From contig DATMBG010000010.1 of assembly GCA_035559535.1 (NCBI GenBank), forward strand, positions 25,832 through 89,831: a DNA stretch of 64,000 nt. Reading direction: 5' to 3'. Below the pieces are notes generated by a model that ran no database searches, was not told the DNA's origin, and was given only the letters and a program-made list of their open reading frames with translations. Every line of letters begins with the position of its first letter. Position 1 is the first letter of the stretch. This DNA is from Candidatus Limnocylindrales bacterium (GTDB taxonomy: Bacteria; Moduliflexota; Moduliflexia; Moduliflexales; JAUQPW01). The translations under genes and the position numbers were made by a program. Positions 1 through 9,659 of this stretch are shown piece after piece.

Positions 1-1022
1 CTCACCAGACGTTCAATTTCTACTTTGAGATCTGAGTATTCGGGAATCTCTACACGGCTGGGTACCACTATCTGGACCAGTGTAACCTTCCGATGCAAAT
101 CTGGAAAACGGATAAGGGCATTCCTGAAGGCTTTCAACCTTTCGGGAATCCCCTTGGTATAATCCAGACGATCCACACCCAGGATGATACGGCAATTCAG
201 GAGAGCCTCACGGAGACATCGGGCTCTCTCACAAACCTCCTGGGAGGCAGCCTGTTTGGCGAATGCACGATAGTCGATACTAATGGGGAAACTACCTATC
301 CTGACTTCTCGGTTCTTAATACGACCCGTGAGGATTTGCCCCTTGCCATATAGGGTAATGTCCCGGATCAGGATACGAAGACACTGCACAAAGTTGTGCC
401 GATCCCTTAAGGTCTGAAATCCGAGGGTATCATACTCCAAAAGGGCATGCAAAACTTGAAATCGCCATGGAAGCTTGATGAAGATATCCAATGGAGGGAA
501 GGGAATATGGAGAAAAAATCCTATCTTGGAGGTAACTCCCATGGCACGCAATTCCTTCGCTACGTTCATCAGGTGATAGTCATGAACCCAGATAAAATCA
601 TTTTCCTTGATATTCTCAGCAATCACACGGGCGAATTTGTGATTAACTGATTGATAAACAAGCCAATAGGTCGGATCAAAATTGCAGCGAGATTGAAGGT
701 CGTGAAAGAGAGGCCAGATAATTTCATTGGAAAATCCATGATAGAATTTGCTTTTTTCCTCAGCTGTCAGGGAGACCGGTCTAAGGGTATATCCTGATTT
801 TTTAGTTGCATCGGCCAGAAGCTCTCCCAAATCTACATTTTCTTCTTCCACCATTCCAGACCAACCGATCCATACTCCTCCACGATTTCGTAATATTGGA
901 ACCAGGGCAGTAACCAATCCACCAGAGCCAGGCTTGATACTCCATTGCCCATTTTCTCCTTGAGTCAAGACAATGGGCAATCGGTTTGATACAATGATAA
1001 GGCGACTCCCTTGTGTTTTCAT
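1..1022 (-). CDS. otsA: alpha,alpha-trehalose-phosphate synthase (GT20), 3' part truncated by window edge
   Basis: My translation of the minus strand from the ATG at 1022 gives MKTQGSRLIIVSNRLPIVLTQGENGQWSIKPGSGGLVTALVPILRNRGGVWIGW..., a typical OtsA N-terminus with no stop down to position 1. The ORF track does not list it because it has no stop inside the window. Its start is 1 nt after the otsB stop. Confidence 0.8.
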   Translation of the reverse strand, partial: MKTQGSRLIIVSNRLPIVLTQGENGQWSIKPGSGGLVTALVPILRNRGGVWIGWSGMVEEENVDLGELLADATKKSGYTLRPVSLTAEEKSKFYHGFSNEIIWPLFHDLQSRCNFDPTYWLVYQSVNHKFARVIAENIKENDFIWVHDYHLMNVAKELRAMGVTSKIGFFLHIPFPPLDIFIKLPWRFQVLHALLEYDTLGFQTLRDRHNFVQCLRILIRDITLYGKGQILTGRIKNREVRIGSFPISIDYRAFAKQAASQEVCERARCLREALLNCRIILGVDRLDYTKGIPERLKAFRNALIRFPDLHRKVTLVQIVVPSRVEIPEYSDLKVEIERLV

Positions 1023-1023
1023 G

Positions 1024-1872
1024 TCACTTTCCTTTTTTACAAGCCTGCTCCCAATTTGAGAAAAATTCCAACAATTCTTCAGGGGGTTTTAGCCAGATAT
1101 CTGCACGGGTGGGGCGGAACTTTTCACGAACCAGGATACCAAGTCCTTTTCCTTTGACAGCTTTAAAGGCATCTTCGTCGGTTTGATCATCTCCCAAATA
1201 GGCCACGACAGTATCTTCCCCCATTTCCGAAAGAATTGTCTCCACTGCAAAACCCTTGCTTCTTCCGGGAACTCTAAGTTCAATCCCACCATCAAATTCG
1301 TGCAAGGTGAGTCCTGTCTCCCAAGAAAGCAGTGACCAGCTCTTCAGGATTTTCTCCCGCATTTGTTTAACGACCCTCAGTTCTAATCCTCTCCAATGAA
1401 GAGCAAGACTGGCGGGTTTTTGTTCGCAACGGTCTCTGAGGCCTTCTGCTTCGATCCATGCGTTTGCTTTGGTAAGGCCTTGTAGAGCCCGTTCATCCAA
1501 TTTAGCTATTTCATAAGTACCGTCCGGCATCAGACGTTCCCAGCCATGAGAACCCCAAATCTCCACAGGAGATTTAAGTCCAAGAAGCGGAATCAGATCC
1601 TTTATCCACCGTCCGGTAATTAAGACAATACGAGTATGACGAGCCTCGAAGAGGGTCTCTAAGGCCTCACGTACACCAGGATATGGAGTCGCTTGATCCC
1701 GTTGGATACGAAATGGTGCCAGGGTTCCATCGTAATCAAGAAGTAGTGCCCGTTGATGGGTACTTGACAGCATGATAAAGAATAACTCCAGTAATTGGTC
1801 TTGTCGCAGATTGTTTTGGAACAATCTCATTCTTTCGTACCTCCAAAAACGGTTCTCCTTTTCATCAACCAC
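1024..1872 (-). CDS. otsB: trehalose-6-phosphate phosphatase (HAD superfamily)
   Basis: The 282-aa product contains the HAD motif LLLDYDGTLAPF and sits directly upstream of otsA; its stop TGA overlaps or abuts the otsA ATG. Confidence 0.8.
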   Translation of the reverse strand: MVDEKENRFWRYERMRLFQNNLRQDQLLELFFIMLSSTHQRALLLDYDGTLAPFRIQRDQATPYPGVREALETLFEARHTRIVLITGRWIKDLIPLLGLKSPVEIWGSHGWERLMPDGTYEIAKLDERALQGLTKANAWIEAEGLRDRCEQKPASLALHWRGLELRVVKQMREKILKSWSLLSWETGLTLHEFDGGIELRVPGRSKGFAVETILSEMGEDTVVAYLGDDQTDEDAFKAVKGKGLGILVREKFRPTRADIWLKPPEELLEFFSNWEQACKKGK

Positions 1873-2004
1873 TTCAACAATACCCGAATGTTGATGGGGT
1901 TATGGCTTTTATCCCGATAAACAAATTTCTCTACCGGTAAAGTCCCACAAAACACAAATGGGTAGGATCCTAACCCTTTCACAGGGAAGTAGAATTACAG
2001 ATTC

Positions 2005-2907
2005 TTACCTTCTTTGTCTTTTTCTTTCATTTTCTAAAGTCAGGCACAACTCGTAAGCTTCTTCCGGTTTCATGTCTTCATGGACCACTTTTCTCACAGC
2101 CTGAATCATGGCTACGGGATCTTCAGACTGGAATATGTTTCGCCCCATGTCAACCCCTGCGGCGCCTTGCTGAACAGCCTGGTAAGCCATTCTCAGGGCT
2201 TCGAGTTTCGGAATTTTTTTTCCGCCGGCAATAACGATGGGAACCGGACAGGAAGCCGTTATGGTCTCAAATCCTTCGGAAACATAATAGGTCTTAATAT
2301 AAGAGGCACCCAATTCTGCACATATTCGGGTTGCCAGGCGCAGGTATTTTGCATCCCGAACCATCTCTTTACCTACGGCGGTAACGCCCAAAACTGGAAT
2401 CCCATACCGATGGCCCAGATCTACCAGTCGGGTCATGTTGTGAATCGATTTGGTCTCGTATTCACCTCCAACAAAGACCTGGACGGCAAGAGCTGCAATA
2501 TTCAAACGAATGGCGTCTTCAATGTCAACGGCAATTTCTTCATTGGAGAGCTCTTTAAGGATGCTGGGACCTCCACTGGCCCGGAGGACAATCCCCTTTG
2601 TAAAGGTTGGAGGAATGGTAGAGCGCAGAATTCCTCGGGTACACATAAGGGTATCGGCGTAGGGAAGCAGGGGCAGGATCGTCACATCAACCCGTTCCAA
2701 TCCTGTGGTGGGTCCTAAAAAATATCCATGATCAATGGCCAGCATCACCGTACGGCCGGTTTCCGGACAAAATATTTTTGATAATCGATTTTTCATCCCC
2801 CAATCCAGCGAATTGGAACCTCGTAATCTGAACAGTTCATTTTCCATGGGAATATCCAAATAAAAATTGTGTGTTTCTTGTAAGCTGTCTTTATCTGCCA
2901 TTTTCAA
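2005..2907 (-). CDS. class I aldolase of the DhnA/LsrF/AroA-prime family (fructose-bisphosphate aldolase-like)
   Basis: The 300-aa product has a TIM-barrel aldolase signature ([12 protein letters not shown] ... GASYIKTYY ... PVPIVIAGG). It is on the same strand, immediately upstream of otsB. Confidence 0.6.
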   Translation of the reverse strand: MKMADKDSLQETHNFYLDIPMENELFRLRGSNSLDWGMKNRLSKIFCPETGRTVMLAIDHGYFLGPTTGLERVDVTILPLLPYADTLMCTRGILRSTIPPTFTKGIVLRASGGPSILKELSNEEIAVDIEDAIRLNIAALAVQVFVGGEYETKSIHNMTRLVDLGHRYGIPVLGVTAVGKEMVRDAKYLRLATRICAELGASYIKTYYVSEGFETITASCPVPIVIAGGKKIPKLEALRMAYQAVQQGAAGVDMGRNIFQSEDPVAMIQAVRKVVHEDMKPEEAYELCLTLENERKRQRR

Positions 2908-2956
2908 CCTCCTTTTGTTAAGATGAGCGGGTTAGGATCTTTAAATGTACTGCATA

Positions 2957-2998
2957 CCCTCACCCCCGGCCCCTCTCCCACAAGAGGAGAGAGGAGTG
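2957..2998. repeat. GC-rich REP-like palindromic element (CCCTCACCCCCGGCCCCTCTCCCAC...GGAGAGAGG)
   Basis: Seen in the intergenic region downstream of the aldolase gene. The same family recurs at 3027-3072, 3153-3198, 21396-21448 and elsewhere. Confidence 0.6.
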
Positions 2999-3026
2999 AA
3001 GTAAAGCATCGGACCGCTTCTCCACA

Positions 3027-3072
3027 CTTCCCCTCTCCAGAAGCCTCGGGAGAGGAGTCAGGGGGTAAGGGC
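3027..3072. repeat. GC-rich REP-like palindromic element (CCCCTCTCC-loop-GGGAGAGG)
   Basis: Inverted repeat cccctctccagaagcctcgggagaggag. Confidence 0.55.
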
Positions 3073-3152
3073 CTGCGTGGTTCCTTTAAACAAATTAATC
3101 CTTATCGGGAAATATAAAAATCATTTTACCTAAAATTTGAAAGGATCGTTTT

Positions 3153-3198
3153 GCCCTCACCTCCTTCTCCCAAGGCTTCGGGAGAGGGGGGTGAGGGC
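3153..3198. repeat. GC-rich REP-like palindromic element
   Basis: gccctcacctccttctcccaaggcttcgggagaggggggtgagggc is a near-perfect 18-bp-arm inverted repeat. Confidence 0.65.
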
Positions 3199-3318
3199 AG
3201 AATAGCTATTTAAATTTACCTTTACCAAAGTACTATTCGAATTAGCAAGAAATTTCTAAAAACTTTTTATCGACATCCCGAGGTTGACAAGGATGAAAAC
3301 TTACCGTAGGTTCTTAAC

Positions 3319-3741
3319 ATGTATTTAACCCAATCCTATCTCAACCGGCTTCGACGGAACAAGGCCTTATATTTTCTTTACACGTGGGCCCCTAGTTTTA
3401 TCTATATGGCAGTTATTTTTTATCTATCTTCTCTATCCCATCCGCCGATACCCCGGAAGGCCCCCGATTATCTCCTGCATACCATCGAGTATTCTTTTTT
3501 AGGTATGCTTCTTCTTCGGAGTTTCTCGATGTATACCATTCCTGCCCATCAAGGTACCCGGTATTTACTTACTCTATGGACCACGACCCTGTATGGAATC
3601 TCGGATGAGATTCATCAGTTGTTTGTACCGCATCGAGAATTTAGCGTTCGCGATATAGTCGCCGATTTTGCTGGGGCTGTTTTGGCCGTGGGTATCTTTT
3701 GTCTGATTAGTTTTTTAAAAACCCGGGTATTTAAAAAATAA
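3319..3741 (+). CDS. VanZ-like family membrane protein
   Basis: 140-aa multi-TM protein with the DExHQxFVPxR motif typical of the VanZ family. Confidence 0.5.
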   Translation: MYLTQSYLNRLRRNKALYFLYTWAPSFIYMAVIFYLSSLSHPPIPRKAPDYLLHTIEYSFLGMLLLRSFSMYTIPAHQGTRYLLTLWTTTLYGISDEIHQLFVPHREFSVRDIVADFAGAVLAVGIFCLISFLKTRVFKK

Positions 3742-3753
3742 AGTCCTCTCCCT

Positions 3754-4131
3754 ATGATTTACGGTATAGGTATCGATGTGGTTCGTATCTCCCGATTAGA
3801 AGAGGTTATAAATCGAAGGGGGAAGCGATTTCTTGAACGCGTCTTTACCCCTCGGGAAATTGAATACTGTTCCAGCAAAGCCTTAAAAATTCAACATTAT
3901 GCCGTGCGATTTGCGGTCAAGGAAGCTGTATTCAAGGCTTTTGGAACCGGCTGGAGTCGAGGGGTAACCTGGCATGATGTAGAGGTGTTCAACGATGAAG
4001 GAGGTCGACCCCAGGTCAAACTCTCCGGTAAATGCCAGGAGCTTGCCGGGGAGCTCCAGGTCAAGCAGGTACTGATCAGTTTATCCCACGATGGAGATTA
4101 TGCCATTGCCCAAGCCCTTATCGAATGTTAA
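3754..4131 (+). CDS. acpS: holo-[acyl-carrier-protein] synthase (4'-phosphopantetheinyl transferase)
   Basis: MIYGIGIDVVRISRLEEV ... VKEAVFKAFGTG are canonical AcpS motifs; 125 aa. Confidence 0.85.
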   Translation: MIYGIGIDVVRISRLEEVINRRGKRFLERVFTPREIEYCSSKALKIQHYAVRFAVKEAVFKAFGTGWSRGVTWHDVEVFNDEGGRPQVKLSGKCQELAGELQVKQVLISLSHDGDYAIAQALIEC

Positions 4132-4155
4132 GGATAAAAAGAGGGGGTTTAAAGT

Positions 4156-4184
4156 ACCTCACTATCGAGTGAGGATAGTTTTGG
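4156..4184. terminator. hairpin (acCTCACTatcgAGTGAGGat) plus T-run; probable bidirectional intrinsic terminator between acpS and the convergent holin-like gene
   Basis: 7-bp stem, 4-nt loop, followed by agttttgg. Confidence 0.45.
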
Positions 4185-4200
4185 AAACACGGCTATCTTT

Positions 4201-4542
4201 CTAGACCCGGAGTAGGAAGTAAAATAAATTATTCAACAGGCTCAAAAGAACTGCTCCGATCAGAGTGGTAAGAGCATTATCGATTTCAAATCCTTCCACC
4301 AGCACATCGGTCAGATAGAGAAGAAACGCATTGATCACAAATACAAAGAGTCCAAAGGTCAAGATAACTGGAATAAAGCTGATAATGACCAGAAGCTTGA
4401 ATAAAAGAAACTGGAGAATCCCGTAAACTGCGGCAGCAGCCAGAGCTCTTTGAAAATCCTTAAGCCGAAATCCCGGCAAGATCTTCGCCACAATGATAAA
4501 GGACACAGCCGACAATAACCAACGTAAAAGGATGTGCATCAT
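4201..4542 (-). CDS. small 4-TM membrane protein, phage-holin-4-like family
   Basis: 113 aa with pattern LLSAVSFIIVAKILPGF...; resembles the PF04020-type putative holins as far as I can tell. Confidence 0.4.
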   Translation of the reverse strand: MMHILLRWLLSAVSFIIVAKILPGFRLKDFQRALAAAAVYGILQFLLFKLLVIISFIPVILTFGLFVFVINAFLLYLTDVLVEGFEIDNALTTLIGAVLLSLLNNLFYFLLRV

Positions 4543-4651
4543 AAAATCATTGGATCCATTGTCCCTTGCCTGTTATCTACCGATTATCACCCCTTTTAAT
4601 CCTTCGTCGTTTACAAAGAACAATGATACAAAGAACAATGAACCGGTCGGG

Positions 4652-5917
4652 TTATTCTACTAAATAAGGGATTGTCATAGGCCCTTGAGGAAGCACTGCT
4701 ATTCGAGCTTGAGGTCCATATTCTTTCAGAAGCCGATCCACAGTTGTTTCGATATTTTGACAGGGGAGAAGCTGGCATTTTTGGATCACATCATCCGGTA
4801 AAAGAGAGTATACATAAACTCTGGCTTTAAGCTGGATCATGGCCTGGATCTGGACCTGCCATTGATCGAACAGGGAGAAGTCTGGAGCATTAATCATTTC
4901 CAGCAACTCGGCCGGTGTAGACCGCATTTGAAGTAGTTTGCCGTAATTACCATGGTCCGGGATTCCCTGGGAGCATTCAGAAGCAATGATAATACTTCCT
5001 CCTTCCTTGACAATTCGAGAGGCTGCAGACATTCCTTTAACGGCCTGGTAGAGATTAAGATCCAGGGGATATCCGCTGTTGGTGGTAATTACAATATCAA
5101 AAGGCTTCGACACCGGACGCATGGCCGTCTTCTTAACGAATTCGGTTCCCTTACGGTGGGCCTGAACCAAATCACCGGCAAAAATTCCGGTAATTTCCTT
5201 TTTACTGTTAATGGTGACATTGGCCAGAAAAGTAGGTCGGGTCAACAGGGCAACCTCTAGCATTTCCTCGAAGATGGGGTTTCCGCTGGTAATTCCCCAG
5301 GAAGCGTTGGGATGTCCAATCATTTTGGCGCTATGATTATGCATGATAGAGTCGTGGCCGCTCACGCTGGGTAGTACGGCTTTAGGCCCTCCCGAAAATC
5401 CTGCAAAAAAATGAGGCTCGATAAACCCGGTCAAGATCTTAGCCGATGCCTCTAAATACTCCGAATTGATCCAGATATCTCCTCCAAATCGTGTCTTTCC
5501 CAGATAAGTTAATAGCTCTTTTTTATGAGGCTCATGGTTGATAACCCGATAATTGTCCATAACTTCCCGGCCGATTAAATCCATCAGCTCCTCTCGGGTA
5601 TTAGGACGATGGAGGCCAATTCCATTGATAAGGACCACCTGATTTCGCGGAACGTGGGATATTTCTTCTAGTAACCAGGGAAGGATCTTCTTATTAGGAG
5701 TCGGTCGGGTAATATCCGAAAAGACAATGGCCACGGTATCCGAAGACTTTATCAAATCCTGTAGAGGTGGCGTCCCTATGGGATGTCTTAAGGCTTCTAC
5801 AAAAGCCGATTTTTCATCTGCCAGGCCGGGAATAAACTCAGGTTCCACCACAGTTACCCGGTCATCCGGCAAATTTACTTCTAACCCGGTCTTTCCATAA
5901 GCAAGCTTAACTTTCAT
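4652..5917 (-). CDS. LarA-like (DUF2088) nickel-pincer-dependent racemase/epimerase family protein
   Basis: 421 aa; the N-terminus MKVKLAYGKTGLEVNLPD, the length and overall pattern match the lactate racemase family. No larB/larC/larE neighbours in the window. Confidence 0.55.
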   Translation of the reverse strand: MKVKLAYGKTGLEVNLPDDRVTVVEPEFIPGLADEKSAFVEALRHPIGTPPLQDLIKSSDTVAIVFSDITRPTPNKKILPWLLEEISHVPRNQVVLINGIGLHRPNTREELMDLIGREVMDNYRVINHEPHKKELLTYLGKTRFGGDIWINSEYLEASAKILTGFIEPHFFAGFSGGPKAVLPSVSGHDSIMHNHSAKMIGHPNASWGITSGNPIFEEMLEVALLTRPTFLANVTINSKKEITGIFAGDLVQAHRKGTEFVKKTAMRPVSKPFDIVITTNSGYPLDLNLYQAVKGMSAASRIVKEGGSIIIASECSQGIPDHGNYGKLLQMRSTPAELLEMINAPDFSLFDQWQVQIQAMIQLKARVYVYSLLPDDVIQKCQLLPCQNIETTVDRLLKEYGPQARIAVLPQGPMTIPYLVE

Positions 5918-6112
5918 AAGAGCACACTCCGTATTTAAGATTGTAAAGGGAGAAATCCATTTTCTCCGGGAAAACAGATTTCTTATAGGTCATGTAGATA
6001 GCTTCTAAGGGGAAGGTACTACGCTATAAGGGGAGACGTCAAGCTAATTTGAATTTAAACCTGACAAATTTTAAGACCGGGATATCCAGAATCCGTTAGT
6101 GGATCTTTAGGG

Positions 6113-9100
6113 TCAACTGACATTTTCCAGGTTTTCGATAGCTCCCAAAGCCTTGAGGGTTGCCTTCTGGGCCTCGGACAGGCCTTTAGCTCCCGTGATA
6201 TTCATCCCTTCATAAAGCCTATCATTTCTCAGTGTTTTGAGACATTTACCTGTTTGTACGTCCCAAAATTTAATAGTTTCATCCTCGCTGCCACTAATTA
6301 AAACACCCCCTGTAGGATCAAAGACCAGGGACCAAACTCCGTGGCGGTGACCGTACAAGGTTTTAAGACATTGGCCGGTAGGAACGCCCCATAACTTTAT
6401 CGTTTGATCTTCACTTCCACTGGCCAGGATGGTTCCATCCGGGCTAAAGGCCACCGACCAGACGTGGCTCAGATGTCCCCGGAAGGTTTTAAGGCACCGA
6501 CCTGTGCTTACACTCCATAAGCCAACGGTTTGATCGTCACTTCCACCAGCAAAGGTAGTGCCGTCCGGGCTAAAGGCAACGGATCGGACATAGCTGGTTC
6601 GCCCCTGGAAAGTTTCCAGGCACTGGCCCGTTCGAACATCCCATACTCTTACAATTCGATCGGCACTTCGACTCGCCAGCGTTTGCCCATCTTGACTGAA
6701 GGTTACAGATCTCACCCGAGCAGTATGCCCCTTCAAAGTTTTGAGGCATTGACCGGTGTGGACATCCCAGAGTTTAATGGTTTGATCATCGCTACTACTG
6801 GCCAAAATACGGTTATCGGGACTGAAGGCAAGGGATCTCACACGTTTCGTATGGCCTTTCAAGATTCTAAAACACTGACCCGTTCGGGCATCCCATAACC
6901 GAACCAGTTGATCTTCACTCCCACTGGCTAAAACACTTCCATCTGGACTAAGCGCAATAGCCCATATTCCGTTGGTATATCCCTGGAGAGTTCTAAGGCA
7001 CTGGCCCGTACGAACTTCCGATAAGCGGATAGTTTGATCTTCACTCCCACTGGCCAGCAGATGCCCATCAGGACTAAAGGCAATTGTGTTTACCCAATCG
7101 GTATGCCCCTGGAGCGTTCTAAGACACTCACCCGTCTTCATATTCCATAACTTGATGCTTTGATCATCGGAACCACTGCCCAAAATATTTCCTTTAGGAC
7201 TGAACGCAACAGACTTTATCCGATCGGTATGGCCACTCAAAATTTTAAAACATTGACCGGTCTGGACATCCCATAATCTTATGGTTTGGTCGGCACTTCC
7301 AGAAGCCAGGAGGTTCCCATCCGGGCTAAAAGCCACAGAATCTACCCAACCGGTGTGTCCCTGTAACATTTTGAGACATTCCCCGGTCTGGCTATTCCAG
7401 AGTCGGATCGTCTGGTCATCACTCCCACTGGCCAGGATATTTCCATCCGGGCTGAAAGCCACAGACCATACCCAATTTGTGTGTCCCTGGAGTGTTCTCA
7501 GGCATTCCCCGGTACGAACATCCCATAACTTGATGGTTTCATCATCACCGCTACTGGCCAGAATTTTTCCACCGGGATTGAAAACCACAGATCTTACCCA
7601 GTTGGTATGTCCTCGCAGGGTTTGAAAACACCGACCGGTCTGAATATCCCATAATTTAATCGTCTGGTCATCACTGCTACTGGCCAGCATGCTGCTGTCC
7701 GGGCTAAAAGCAATGGAAATTACAGAACCTGTATGCCCCTTAAACGTGAAAAGTAGCCGGGTATCTTCCACCTGCCAAAGGCGAATTTCACCATCGGCCC
7801 CCCCTGCGGCCAAAAACTTTCCATCGGAACTGAATACAACCGAAGAAATACTCCCGAAGGTTTTCGTGAAAACAGATTTACTCAAATCTGCGTGGGTAAA
7901 GTTTACATTATGCAGGACGACTCCCGGAAGATAAGCCTGCCAGATTGTTAAGTTCGAGAAATCATAGCTTCTCACATCGCTTTCCATCTGGACTAAAAGA
8001 TTCAGGGCATTCCCTCCGGTATATCCGGGTATAAGGGGAGATTTTTCTCGCAGGGTTGATAGAATATTGTCTAATTTACTTTCGACAACTTCTCTACCTA
8101 AGGTCTCAAGAAGTCTATCGGCCGTAGGTTTAAGGATAACCCGAATCTGACTATTTCGTATGGAATCTTTTTCCTGAGCTTTAAGGAGGGCATGACTGTT
8201 GAGGAAGATGGGGGTTTCTGTGGAAATCTCTTCACAAATCCGCCCTATTAATCGATTAATTGCATAATCCATGAGGGTAGGCGGGAGTGTAAAACGTTCG
8301 TTTTCATCTTTTTCAGCCAGAAATCGTTTTTGTAAAGATTCCAAAGCCTCCTTTAATTTCACTTTGGATACAGGATGAATCATATCTTCCAATAATTCCT
8401 TTATCGAAACAGGCTCACGACCGATGGCCAGCCAATAGAGAATATCTTCTTCCAGATTGGACAGGCAATTAAATTGTCGATTTAAAAGATCCTGAATATC
8501 TTCAAAGTTAAAGTTTGAGGCCTCCTGCTTTAGAAATTCTGTTATGTCTCCTCCAAAGGAGTGTTGGATGGTTGCAGAAACAAGCTTCAAGGCCAACGGA
8601 TTCCCGGCATAACGGTTAACCAGGGTTATCCAGGCTTCCTGGGTTCCGGATAAATTCTGATCTTTCAAGATTTCTCGAATTTCGGCCGGTCTTAATCCGC
8701 TTAAGTGTAAAGATCGAACCGGGGAGGTCCTACCCTCCAGGTGAAAGATTTCTTTGGGTTTCCTTCGACTGGTTAAGATCAAACAGCTCGAATGAGAGAT
8801 TTCCCCTATTCGTTGAATGAGCCAGCCATAGGGTTCATATCCCTCTGAATAATGGCCTAGATCGTCATGTTGGGAAAGGACCGATTCTAAGTTATCCAGG
8901 ACAATCAGGCAACGATGTCTCTGGAGATACTCCATCAAGAGGGTTATTCTCCGTTCCACACTTTTTCGCCGCTCTGGTTTTTGCTGGCGGGATAGAAATT
9001 GGAGAAAGTCCCCCAGCAGATCTTCTAGGGGAGGGGCCTCCCGGAGGGAACGCCAGATGACAAAATCAAAGCGATCTTTAACTTGCTCTGCCAGTTTCCT

Positions 9101-9562
9101 GGAAAGAGCCGTTTTACCTATTCCTCCCATGCCCAATAGGGCGATTATACGGCAGTGGTCGGTTCTAATCCATCGGGTTAGCTTACTCAGTTCCTCTTCC
9201 CGTCCATAAAAGGGTTCTGTTGGGGTCGCCTCCCCCCAGTCTTCTGAATAAGGTAGATCTTTCTGGGGTTTGATCCTGCTTTCAATATTCTGAATATGTG
9301 CTGTCAGCAAACTATCCCTGGCAGGTCCTTCTATCTTCATGTCCACGACCATAGCCGGGGGGGATTTAGAGAAGCCCCTACGAGCTTGAAGAAAGCCGAG
9401 AATTATAAGGGTAATGACCAGCAGGTCTAAGACAACCCAGTACAACCAGAAATGAGGCTGGATCCAGGTGAGCAGATAACTTAAAAACAGGCAACTTAAA
9501 AAGCCTATAACAATAATTAGACGCGCAAGCCTCGAGTAAGGTAGAAGGCAAAGTAATTTCAT
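6113..9562 (-). CDS. STAND NTPase: N-terminal 2-TM segment + NB-ARC/NACHT-like P-loop ([16 protein letters not shown]) + 14 WD40 repeats
   Basis: 1149 aa. Walker A and B are present. There are fourteen [22 protein letters not shown] repeats. The C-terminal tail ...[26 protein letters not shown] is typical of cyanobacterial-type WD40 proteins. Confidence 0.85.
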   Translation of the reverse strand: MKLLCLLPYSRLARLIIVIGFLSCLFLSYLLTWIQPHFWLYWVVLDLLVITLIILGFLQARRGFSKSPPAMVVDMKIEGPARDSLLTAHIQNIESRIKPQKDLPYSEDWGEATPTEPFYGREEELSKLTRWIRTDHCRIIALLGMGGIGKTALSRKLAEQVKDRFDFVIWRSLREAPPLEDLLGDFLQFLSRQQKPERRKSVERRITLLMEYLQRHRCLIVLDNLESVLSQHDDLGHYSEGYEPYGWLIQRIGEISHSSCLILTSRRKPKEIFHLEGRTSPVRSLHLSGLRPAEIREILKDQNLSGTQEAWITLVNRYAGNPLALKLVSATIQHSFGGDITEFLKQEASNFNFEDIQDLLNRQFNCLSNLEEDILYWLAIGREPVSIKELLEDMIHPVSKVKLKEALESLQKRFLAEKDENERFTLPPTLMDYAINRLIGRICEEISTETPIFLNSHALLKAQEKDSIRNSQIRVILKPTADRLLETLGREVVESKLDNILSTLREKSPLIPGYTGGNALNLLVQMESDVRSYDFSNLTIWQAYLPGVVLHNVNFTHADLSKSVFTKTFGSISSVVFSSDGKFLAAGGADGEIRLWQVEDTRLLFTFKGHTGSVISIAFSPDSSMLASSSDDQTIKLWDIQTGRCFQTLRGHTNWVRSVVFNPGGKILASSGDDETIKLWDVRTGECLRTLQGHTNWVWSVAFSPDGNILASGSDDQTIRLWNSQTGECLKMLQGHTGWVDSVAFSPDGNLLASGSADQTIRLWDVQTGQCFKILSGHTDRIKSVAFSPKGNILGSGSDDQSIKLWNMKTGECLRTLQGHTDWVNTIAFSPDGHLLASGSEDQTIRLSEVRTGQCLRTLQGYTNGIWAIALSPDGSVLASGSEDQLVRLWDARTGQCFRILKGHTKRVRSLAFSPDNRILASSSDDQTIKLWDVHTGQCLKTLKGHTARVRSVTFSQDGQTLASRSADRIVRVWDVRTGQCLETFQGRTSYVRSVAFSPDGTTFAGGSDDQTVGLWSVSTGRCLKTFRGHLSHVWSVAFSPDGTILASGSEDQTIKLWGVPTGQCLKTLYGHRHGVWSLVFDPTGGVLISGSEDETIKFWDVQTGKCLKTLRNDRLYEGMNITGAKGLSEAQKATLKALGAIENLENVS

Positions 9563-9659
9563 TTTAAGCTCCTGGGTCAGGAGTCAGAAATTCAGAATAA
9601 AGCTGAAAAATCATCCGATTGCCAAGGAACGCATGAGACGTAACATTAAATTTTACATT

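Noticed and set aside
93-963. Three plus-strand track ORFs (93-353, 447-650, 748-963).
   Set aside because: They lie in different frames, have no motifs, and are fully overlapped by a continuous minus-strand frame that encodes a recognisable OtsA N-terminal region. I treat them as antisense artefacts.
2923-3117. Short ORFs inside REP elements (2923-3117, 21260-21460, 21302-21490, 37607-37801, 38975-39181, 63061-63291, 63101-63490).
   Set aside because: Their translations are Gly/Glu/Pro/Ser-rich read-through of GGGAGAGGG/CCCTCTCCC palindromes, and the same DNA is repeated at many loci. I call them repeats, not genes.
4201-4542. Prophage or mobile element around the holin-like gene.
   Set aside because: No integrase, terminase, capsid or transposase genes lie nearby. 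This reads as an isolated 4-TM small membrane protein.
7281-7934. Plus-strand ORFs inside the STAND gene (7281-7625, 7689-7934, 6530-6898).
   Set aside because: These are antisense frames of the highly repetitive WD40 region, with repetitive low-complexity translations. The minus-strand WD40 reading frame is unambiguous.
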